A DNA stretch of 13,754 bases, taken from positions 1 to 13,754 of the forward strand of contig JBEKSC010000044.1 in NCBI GenBank assembly GCA_049517415.1, read 5' to 3'. A program made the position numbers and the translations under genes. This document shows, piece by piece, positions 1-6,363 of this stretch. Positions within the stretch are counted from its first letter, which is position 1; each line of letters starts with the position of its first letter. The DNA comes from Candidatus Bathyarchaeia archaeon (GTDB lineage: Archaea > Thermoproteota > Bathyarchaeia > 40CM-2-53-6). A model generated the notes under the pieces. The model was not told the DNA's origin. It made no database searches and worked only from the letters and a program-made list of their open reading frames with translations.

Positions 1-2
1 CG

Positions 3-3000
3 TCCGCGGCGGGTTATCCGCAGACTCTCTGTGCTAGCGGCATAACAGTATTGAGGGGGCAATCCCTTCACTTCGACTGCTACCTACAACCAGGCCCAGT
101 AATACACGGAGACGTGTACACGAAGCACCAATTCGGCGACGAACCATGGCCCGAGACAACTTACGTTAAAGTGGAATTGTATGATGGCCCAACACTCAGC
201 CACATACCGGACTCAACTGCGAAACTTGTTTCTTGGTCACCGTTACCATGCGTTGCGGGAGGACAGCAACTTTACACTGGAATTTACACGGCGGGCGCCT
301 GTGGCGACCCTAGAAATGGGGGCGCGATCGCGTTCCCGTGGCATGAATACGTTCCATCGAACGGCTACGGCTCACCATCAGCAGCTGCCCCAAGCTTCTA
401 CCAAGTATCAACCGACGCTGCAGGCCTTCTGAATCCAAATGGGATTAAGACACAGGACCCCATGGGCGTTGGCCCACCACAGAATTGGTACGTGGTAGGT
501 GGCACAACGACACCATTCCATTTCGAATTCGGTGTGAAAGGAGAGTACGGTGCCCCAAGGGACCTTGATGGCATGGTGCCCCAGGTTTATGCAACTTGGG
601 TGAACGGGCTTACTCCGGGAAGGTACTATGCGAGAGCCTGGGTCTTCAGGTATGTGCAGTCCGCCCTGGACGGTTCAACCTTCCAGGAGTACTACTTCGA
701 CGTGACACCGAACGAGTGGGCTGGAGACGTGACGCTACCAATCGACCTGCGCTTAAGCAGCTGGATCAACAAGACCGTGTACTTCCACGACTCGGCTAAT
801 ACGATTGAAACGGACCCAATCGATACAGGCGCTGGATTAATGTCCGGCGTACTTGTTGACGCGAAGGGCCAAGTCTGGTCATACAACCAAACCTTACTGG
901 GCTACAATGGTCTCTACTCGACAGGTGCCAAGTCAGGCTGGGCCAGTAATGCGTTCAAGACTACGACAACCGTTAGGACACGGAACGACCTCGACAAGGC
1001 AGGATTGAACGCGCATGCAATTGAATCTGGACGAGCAAATATTCAGTTCTGGGGATGGAACGATACCTGGGGAGGAGAAAACTACGGCATCCCCTCCGGC
1101 ATTTACACGCCACACGTCTACGCCCTAGGATATGTAGAGGATGGCGCGGCGGAACAAGTTTCCGTCACACTCAGCGGCACCCCGACTAGCGTTAGTGATC
1201 ACATGTACCGAGGTACAGGATTCAACATAACTGTCAACTCAATCGACTGGGAGCAGCCAAGCGTAGAGAGGAACTGGGTATGGGGTAACCCCGTCGGTTA
1301 CACTTTCAGCGGCCTAGCATCGCTCGGAAGTGGACCCAGCTTCCCAGGTGACCCGCGAGCATTTATGGTTGGGGAAGAGATTGATTTGGGAATCTACCAG
1401 AACGGCACCTTGATAGACTTTATTGGAGATGAGCCAAGTGTTCTGCAAGATACCGTGCTCACCAGCTGCCTCTTCCAGAGCCAAACAAATTCCTCCGTCC
1501 AGCTCTGCGGCGGCGGATGGGACGCCGAATCCTCCCGCCTAGGCGCACTTATGCCATACGAGGGCAACAGTAATGACGTTTACTTCGGCCAGGAGTTGAG
1601 CGACCCTGGTTTCGTTGGCGGCTACACTGGCGGGACCCTATACTTTACGACGCGGTCGCTTCTGTTCGCGCCAGCGCACTACAGCCCAACCACGCTTCCC
1701 GACGGCGGAACATACGAAAGCGCTGTCATGGGTTACTTGAACCTCTACCCTTCAGCCATTCCTGCAGGACAATATGATTTGCACGGATACACTTACGGTT
1801 ACGTTCAGACGGGTAAGTTCACGGTGGACACGTCACCCACGCAAGTTGCTGATATGAGAATTAACCTCTTGATCGGCGTCAACGTAACCTTAGATATTCT
1901 CTTCAAGAAAGAGAGCATCATCACCCCGACCGACGCCAACATGTCAGCCAGAGTGCGACTGTTCGACGACTCAGGCAACTTGGTCGCTGAATGGATGTCG
2001 AGCGAAGGCGTATACGTGCCCCAGAGCGGGTTTGCGCGCGCCGCAGACGGAACCGACCAGTACCCATTCGGCCCACTCCACCCAGCGGTTCCTGTTCCGC
2101 AGCCGCTTAACACTTACAATTACCTTCCCGGCAACGTAACTCTGCTTCATATCTTGATGGCAGGCCTTCCGCAAGTACCCCCATCAGGAACCGATGCCGG
2201 AGTTCCTTCCCTCGCACGCTTCCACCCCCAGCAGGTTTACTTTAACGACCCCATATTCGCGACGACAACCTGTGGCTTCGAAGTTGATTGCTACACGAGC
2301 CCAGGCGCCGCGCTTGGAGTAGGCGTTCCAGGCTACTTCCCGAACACCGGCATCCTCGGCGCACCGAACTATTCGGGTGGCTGGACTGCGGAAGTTGACT
2401 TCGTGAACTGGTACTCCAACAACTCAGGCTCACCCGAGCTGCTCGACTCAGGACAGGTGGGACAAGGAGTAACGGGAGGAGCACCCTTCCCACAATACTA
2501 CCCGCCAATCAACGGCTTACTCATGGGCGAATCATACCACGTCATCCCAGGCACCACAGCCACATCTGGCATAAGCTTCACGGAAGACACGGCCCTCAAA
2601 CCGGAATTACTGGGCCACACGATGGCCCCGAACCACCTAGGGCCATACTCACAGGAAGGCGTCTGGCAAATAGACAACGCTCACTTGAGCGGTGAGGCCA
2701 GCGGAATCTTCGAAGTCGACCTGAACGGTTTGATCTCAGGCAATGCTCTAGCGTTCACGTGGAGTAACGAGCTGCGGCCTTTGAGCTGGGGCTTAGTTAA
2801 CGTCGTGGGCGCGAGCGGTGCGTCGTGGAACTTCTACAGCTACGACGGCATTTATGAGGCGTACCTGACGCCGGGCACGTACAAGTTCACCATAAGCTCA
2901 CCAGGCTACGCCTCGCAAAGCTTCTCAGTCGTTGTCTCACCTGGCCAAGCTGGGATAAGCCAGACCCAGTACTTGCAACAAAGCAACATTCCAGTCCCCG

Positions 3001-3077
3001 AATTCAGCGCAATCGGAATCGTAGCATTCTCAGCGCTCGCAGCCTCACTATACTTACTACGACGCAGACGCCACTAA
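3..3077 (+). CDS. Large secreted/surface (glyco)protein with repeated carboxypeptidase-regulatory-like beta-sandwich modules and a C-terminal PEF-CTERM sorting signal; 5'-partial
   Basis: The frame is open from nt 3 (SAAGYPQTLCASGITVLRGQ...), so the true start lies upstream of the window. Recurrent P-G-x-Y...GY modules (LTPGRYYARAWVFRYVQ, IPSGIYTPHVYALGYVE, IPAGQYDLHGYTYGYVQ, LTPGTYKFTISSPGYAS). G/S/T/P-rich with N-x-S/T sequons. Ends in IPVPEF + hydrophobic helix + RRRRH. Confidence 0.88.
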   Translation, partial: SAAGYPQTLCASGITVLRGQSLHFDCYLQPGPVIHGDVYTKHQFGDEPWPETTYVKVELYDGPTLSHIPDSTAKLVSWSPLPCVAGGQQLYTGIYTAGACGDPRNGGAIAFPWHEYVPSNGYGSPSAAAPSFYQVSTDAAGLLNPNGIKTQDPMGVGPPQNWYVVGGTTTPFHFEFGVKGEYGAPRDLDGMVPQVYATWVNGLTPGRYYARAWVFRYVQSALDGSTFQEYYFDVTPNEWAGDVTLPIDLRLSSWINKTVYFHDSANTIETDPIDTGAGLMSGVLVDAKGQVWSYNQTLLGYNGLYSTGAKSGWASNAFKTTTTVRTRNDLDKAGLNAHAIESGRANIQFWGWNDTWGGENYGIPSGIYTPHVYALGYVEDGAAEQVSVTLSGTPTSVSDHMYRGTGFNITVNSIDWEQPSVERNWVWGNPVGYTFSGLASLGSGPSFPGDPRAFMVGEEIDLGIYQNGTLIDFIGDEPSVLQDTVLTSCLFQSQTNSSVQLCGGGWDAESSRLGALMPYEGNSNDVYFGQELSDPGFVGGYTGGTLYFTTRSLLFAPAHYSPTTLPDGGTYESAVMGYLNLYPSAIPAGQYDLHGYTYGYVQTGKFTVDTSPTQVADMRINLLIGVNVTLDILFKKESIITPTDANMSARVRLFDDSGNLVAEWMSSEGVYVPQSGFARAADGTDQYPFGPLHPAVPVPQPLNTYNYLPGNVTLLHILMAGLPQVPPSGTDAGVPSLARFHPQQVYFNDPIFATTTCGFEVDCYTSPGAALGVGVPGYFPNTGILGAPNYSGGWTAEVDFVNWYSNNSGSPELLDSGQVGQGVTGGAPFPQYYPPINGLLMGESYHVIPGTTATSGISFTEDTALKPELLGHTMAPNHLGPYSQEGVWQIDNAHLSGEASGIFEVDLNGLISGNALAFTWSNELRPLSWGLVNVVGASGASWNFYSYDGIYEAYLTPGTYKFTISSPGYASQSFSVVVSPGQAGISQTQYLQQSNIPVPEFSAIGIVAFSALAASLYLLRRRRH
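2988..3077 (+). other. PEF-CTERM archaeosortase sorting signal (copy 1, intact)
   Basis: IPVPEFSAIGIVAFSALAASLYLLRRRRH*: motif, TM helix and basic tail, the tripartite layout of PEF-CTERM. Confidence 0.9.
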
Positions 3078-3150
3078 GGTGTGGGTTCCTCGAAGTCGGT
3101 TTCACCTTGTCATGACTATTGAGAAGCTTCAACTTGTAAGGCAAGCTCTA

Positions 3151-3176
3151 ATGTAGTACATGCCTGATGGTAGTAC
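3151..3176 (+). promoter_or_regulatory. Candidate antitoxin autoregulatory operator
   Basis: GTAGTAC at 3153-3159 and 3170-3176, the first inside the palindrome ATGTA-G-TACAT (3151-3161), just upstream of the ATG at 3188. Confidence 0.45.
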
Positions 3177-3187
3177 TTCGATGAAGC

Positions 3188-3418
3188 ATGACGGAAGAAG
3201 TACTGGTTACCAGAAAAGGGCAAACAACCATCCCTGTCAGGCTGAGGAAGAAGTATCGGATCAAGGAGGGTACGCGACTGGAGGTAATCGACTCAGGTTC
3301 AGGCATACTGCTGAAGCCCAAGCCGAACACGGTCGACCTTGCTGGCAGCGGTTCTAAGTACTCGACTCCTCGAGAGATGAAACGCCTCCTAGATAAAATG
3401 AGGGAAGAGGATGCCTAA
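3188..3418 (+). CDS. vapB: AbrB/MazE/SpoVT-family antitoxin (VapB-type)
   Basis: VTRKGQTTIPVRLRKKYRIKEGTRLEV is the AbrB swapped-hairpin signature. 76 aa; its stop overlaps the ATG (3411) of the PIN gene. Confidence 0.9.
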   Translation: MTEEVLVTRKGQTTIPVRLRKKYRIKEGTRLEVIDSGSGILLKPKPNTVDLAGSGSKYSTPREMKRLLDKMREEDA

Positions 3419-4160
3419 CCTTGTCGGTTCTGTTACCTTGTCGTTTGGTAACTCATCTGCATCGACTGAGGGATTACCGTCAGTCTCGGATTCCCATACC
3501 ATCGCTTCACTTGCAGAAGCGACGGCCGCGAACCTCACGGCTCTCGCCTGGCATTCACCAGGCCAGCTAGACCATTCGCCTAGTCAGGGTTTTACGCTTG
3601 GTCAAAAGCAACCACTTACCCAACATCGGCCTAATCGGCTTCTTCGGGTATCAGAACCCACATCCCGCCATTGACTAGGCTTCATCGACTGATGACTAGC
3701 CGAGAGATGTCGTGAAGCCGCAATTAACGCAGACAGGTGAGTAAAAATACCATCCACCAAACAGGAAGGTAACAGAACCAACCTTGTCTATGACACACGT
3801 TTCTTCATCGAACACTTCTACTCAACCAACAAAGGGGTTCAAGAAAGAACGACACATGAGCTCCTGACCAACAAGGCGAAGTACGTCTCAGTGATCACTC
3901 TCCACGAGGTCTATCGACTCACATTGGGAAAGGAAGGGCGTGAGACCGCGCAGCTCAGGGTCAGCCTCATCTCCAAGGATTTTGAGGTGGTCGATGTGAA
4001 CTCCGCCGTCGCTCTGAAGGCGGCTGAGATGCGGCATGGCTTATCCCTGCCGATGGCTGACAGCCTGATTGCGGCTACGTGCTTCACCCTCAAGGCCGCC
4101 TGCGTCTCCGATGACCCGCATTTTGCCGGAGTCCGAGGCCTCTCGACGAGATGGATCTAG
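3411..4160 (+). pseudogene. vapC: VapC PIN-domain toxin interrupted after codon 5 by a MITE
   Basis: Joining 3411-3425 to 3789-4160 gives a 128-aa ORF MPNLVYDTRFFIEHFY...VSVITLHEVY...MADSLIAATC...VSDDPHF...RWI with the acidic PIN residues present. The track ORFs 3411..3674 and 3891..4160 are the broken pieces. Confidence 0.9.
3426..3779. mobile_element. MITE (non-autonomous IS), 354 bp, with 24-bp imperfect TIRs and a 9-bp target-site duplication
   Basis: Left TIR GGTTCTGTTACCTTGTCGTTTGGT (3426-3449); right TIR ACCAAACAGGAAGGTAACAGAACC (3756-3779); outer 14 bp perfect, 21/24 overall. TSD AACCTTGTC at 3417-3425 and 3780-3788. No transposase ORF. GGTTCTGT ends resemble IS6-family ends, but the family is uncertain because IS6 usually gives 8-bp duplications. 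Confidence 0.93.
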
Positions 4161-4516
4161 GCTACCTCTGTAGAAAGATGGGCGAGAAGCCTGATCTCTT
4201 CTTTGGAGAACCAGATTTTCAACTTCTCAAACTGTCCTGGCCTCGCCGCCGCGACAACGGGATCTGCCAACTAAAGCCTCCTGACCGTTTCGAGGCTCCC
4301 GCTTTCCGTTGAGCCCATAAACCCATCTGGCTCAAGTTCCCATTCGAGGTTTGCCGGCAAAGTCGAGTTGCCTTGTTCGCTGCCATAGCCACAATCATCA
4401 TGCCGGCCGTAGTGTACGCAACCGCCGTAGCTAACAACGTCATAATTGCCGCAAAGAAAGTGAAAAAGACCGCCCGCGAAGATGTAGGCGCACTCCCTGA
4501 TAGGGGGAGAACTCCT

Positions 4517-4756
4517 TTGCCATCTGGGAATCCACGGATACAAGTTTTCCTTGACCCCTTGGTGTACACTGGACTACAAGCTCGTGCTATCGATAGAAAC
4601 TTGATCGTGAATGAGTTGGCGAAATCTATCTTGGGCGCTTATGTGAAGCAGGCGGCGGAAGAGAGAAGGAGTCCCCGCAATACTGCGGCATCTGGATACA
4701 TTGGTCGGAACCCTGCAGCTTCAAGCCAACTCAGTGTGAGCCATGAAGAGCCTTGA
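4517..4756 (+). CDS. Small ribbon-helix-helix (CopG/Arc-like) DNA-binding protein
   Basis: Proposed TTG start at 4517 after SD-like GGGGGA (4503-4508). RIQVFLDPLVYTGLQARAIDRNLIVNELAKSILGAYVKQ fits the beta-strand/helix/helix RHH pattern. It is the 3' part of track ORF 4373..4756. Confidence 0.55.
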   Translation: MPSGNPRIQVFLDPLVYTGLQARAIDRNLIVNELAKSILGAYVKQAAEERRSPRNTAASGYIGRNPAASSQLSVSHEEP

Positions 4757-4794
4757 ATGGCTAGAGAATCTCCCGACTTCAGTCGCGGAGAGTG

Positions 4795-5325
4795 TCAAAG
4801 TTTTCTGAGGTAGTCGAGTATCGCGCGGTAGTCATCTTCGCTCAGACGCCAACCTGCTCTTCGCATCTCCGTGAGTTTTCTTATTGCTTCGTCTCTTGGG
4901 ATCTCACCTTCTTGATACATCCTTCCGAGCAGATAACCAGTCCCGTGACATTCTACCTGCATCAGTTTGGCTGTGGACCTCGCGGCGTGGTCATCTGCGA
5001 TCAGAATTCCGTCGAGTTCCTTGGCGATAGCGAGTGCCTCTGCTTCAGCTCTGTGCAGAGGCTTGTTTTCGTCTTCGACAGCGATCTTCATGAGCCTCTT
5101 GACCAGCGAGGTGCTGCGAGGTCGAGTGAGTATCAGTGCGGCTTCTTCTACAAGTTCCCGTATCACTGCAGCCTCTGGTTTCCCTTGGGCTTCACCAGCC
5201 ATGAGCTCTTCGTAGACAGTTTCGGGTAACAACTTCTGGTTCTGCAGCCTCCTAAGGGCTTCCGCCAACGAGGCCTTGATTATGTAAATCACTGGAGTTG
5301 TGTCAAAGACCAAGGGCTTCGTCAA
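4795..5325 (-). CDS. DUF3368-family PIN-domain protein (COG2405-like putative toxin)
   Basis: VFDTTP...VYEEL...LHRAEAEALAIAKE...LIADDHAAR...GTGYLL...GWRLSEDDY, typical of DUF3368; directly downstream of a UPF0175 gene. Confidence 0.85.
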   Translation of the reverse strand: MTKPLVFDTTPVIYIIKASLAEALRRLQNQKLLPETVYEELMAGEAQGKPEAAVIRELVEEAALILTRPRSTSLVKRLMKIAVEDENKPLHRAEAEALAIAKELDGILIADDHAARSTAKLMQVECHGTGYLLGRMYQEGEIPRDEAIRKLTEMRRAGWRLSEDDYRAILDYLRKL

Positions 5326-5334
5326 GCGGGCGCT

Positions 5335-5637
5335 CTACCCTTTCCGCGCTGCCTCGAAGTCTTCGATGAACTCCTCCGCTGAATATCGTGTTGGTATCTT
5401 CTTTTTCTCGAGTTCTTCGAGAAATTCCCAGATAGAGCGGTTGGCGAGACTAGCGGCTTTCAGGGCTGTGACTCTTCCCTCTTCGTAGAGCCTGATCGCT
5501 TTCCCAAGTCTCCATTCTCTGATGTACAGGTCGGTTGCGCGGGCTATCACGGAAGATTTGTCGAGCTTCTCCTCCAACGCGATCCGCTCGATCTGGCGCG
5601 CAACCTCCTTTGGTAATCTTGCTGCTACTACCTCCAT
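5335..5637 (-). CDS. UPF0175-family antitoxin with N-terminal RHH
   Basis: Probable ATG at 5637 (MEVVAARLPKE...DKSSVI, RHH-like), followed by AIRLYEEGRVTALKAASLANRSIWEFLEELEKKKIP (UPF0175 pattern). Confidence 0.85.
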   Translation of the reverse strand: MEVVAARLPKEVARQIERIALEEKLDKSSVIARATDLYIREWRLGKAIRLYEEGRVTALKAASLANRSIWEFLEELEKKKIPTRYSAEEFIEDFEAARKG

Positions 5638-5665
5638 TAGTCGGCTCTTCGCCAAATCACGCACC

Positions 5666-5701
5666 GTTTACAATAGTTAATGATGTTTACAACCATTTAA
5701 G
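5666..5701 (-). promoter_or_regulatory. Candidate promoter/operator of the UPF0175-DUF3368 operon
   Basis: Minus-strand TATA-like CTTAAATGG (5701-5693) followed by the direct repeat TTGTAAAC (5692-5685 and 5673-5666), upstream of the ATG at 5637. Confidence 0.5.
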
Positions 5702-5896
5702 GCGTTCGTTCAAGTCCAAGCCAAAAGTCAATACTGCAAGAGCAGCGTTCCCAACCTCGTAATTCACAAGCCCAAGTGCCTTCAACTCGATGGCATCCTC
5801 GTGGAACTTCTGAAGAAGCAAGTCCGCCTTTTCTGAGAGCTCCTCAAACAGCAGGAATCTTGCCGGCACGGAAGCATCTACAACATAGACCTTCAA
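5687..5896 (-). pseudogene. vapC: Truncated VapC PIN toxin (N-terminal ~50 aa only)
   Basis: MKVYVVDASV...LVNYEVGNA matches a VapC N-terminus. The ORF then ends at 69 aa inside the next operon's promoter and lacks the C-terminal catalytic aspartates. Overlaps the antitoxin stop by 4 nt. Confidence 0.8.
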
Positions 5897-6135
5897 CGGG
5901 TCTTCCTCGCTTCCCGAATTGTCTGATTTATGAATCCTCTTGGCGCGACATGCTTGCGCGTGCGGATGTCCTCAAGAAGTTCCTGCGCAGCTTTCTTCCG
6001 TTCCTCTCGCTCGATCCTCTCCGTAATCGATTCGCGAATATACCGGGACCAGTTGATGGTGACCTGAGCCATCCTCTTCCTCAGCATATCGTCGACCTTC
6101 ACAGTAATCGTCCGCACGACTGACAGTACCCGCAA
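5893..6135 (-). CDS. vapB: VapB-type RHH/CopG antitoxin
   Basis: TITVKVDDMLRKRMAQVTINWSRYIRESITERIEREERKK...QTIREARKTR resembles archaeal RHH VapB antitoxins. The start may be GTG 6117. Translationally coupled to the PIN fragment. Confidence 0.8.
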   Translation of the reverse strand: MRVLSVVRTITVKVDDMLRKRMAQVTINWSRYIRESITERIEREERKKAAQELLEDIRTRKHVAPRGFINQTIREARKTR

Positions 6136-6152
6136 GCATTACCTCAGTACCC
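6124..6152 (-). promoter_or_regulatory. Candidate RHH antitoxin operator (direct repeat)
   Basis: CAGTACCC at 6124-6131 and 6145-6152 (21-bp period, about two helical turns) at the 5' end of the antitoxin gene. Confidence 0.45.
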
Positions 6153-6190
6153 CCCTAGAAGACTCACTTCTGATCCGCACTGATTAACGG

Positions 6191-6290
6191 GAGCAAAGCA
6201 ACATACCCGTCCCAGAGTTCAGCGTAATCGGGATCGTAGCATTCTCAGCGCTTGCAGCTTCTATATTTACTACGACGTAAACGCAAGTAA
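6191..6290 (+). pseudogene. Orphan PEF-CTERM tail (copy 2), frameshifted duplicate of the 3' end of the large surface protein gene
   Basis: Reads EQSNIPVPEFSVIGIVAFSALAAS-[2-nt deletion]-YLLRRKRK*. No start codon or passenger domain upstream. Confidence 0.88.
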
Positions 6291-6307
6291 AGCTCGGAAC
6301 CAAACGT

Positions 6308-6342
6308 GCCACCAGGCGGTGGCCTTCTCTTCCTCGTTTTCT
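6308..6342 (+). terminator. Hairpin plus pyrimidine tract after the orphan PEF tail
   Basis: GCCACC-aggc-GGTGGC (6308-6323) followed by CTTCTCTTCCTCGTTTTCT; lies between convergent units. Confidence 0.55.
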
Positions 6343-6363
6343 GGTTTGATTAGACTCATGTCT

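Larger units (their letters stand above)
3078..6190. mobile_element. Putative toxin-antitoxin genomic islet bounded by a direct repeat of the PEF-CTERM gene 3' end
   Basis: 2979-3077 and 6194-6290 are diverged direct repeats (20-nt exact core 3018-3037 = 6233-6252). The interval holds almost only TA/RHH genes. No integrase seen. Confidence 0.55.

Noticed and set aside
181..2508. Short ORFs nested in the large surface gene (and similar ones inside the DUF3368, Vgb-like, wHTH and DUF1616 genes)
   Set aside because: Shadow frames of better-supported genes, with no motifs.
3411..3674. 87-aa ORF downstream of vapB as a novel toxin
   Set aside because: It is the first five vapC codons read into MITE sequence.
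3689..3720. CTGATGA hammerhead-like core in the MITE
   Set aside because: No following stem II plus GAAA, and no suitably placed cleavage triplet.
3417..3788. The insertion as an archaeal BHB intron or self-splicing intron
   Set aside because: TIRs plus a direct TSD indicate transposition. I found no bulge-helix-bulge at the junctions and no group I/II terminal signatures.
4178..4569. Overlapping ORFs on both strands with a hydrophobic stretch (4219..4569, 4271..4543, 5' part of 4373..4756)
   Set aside because: No recognisable family and mutually overlapping frames; possibly a decayed gene, but not supportable.
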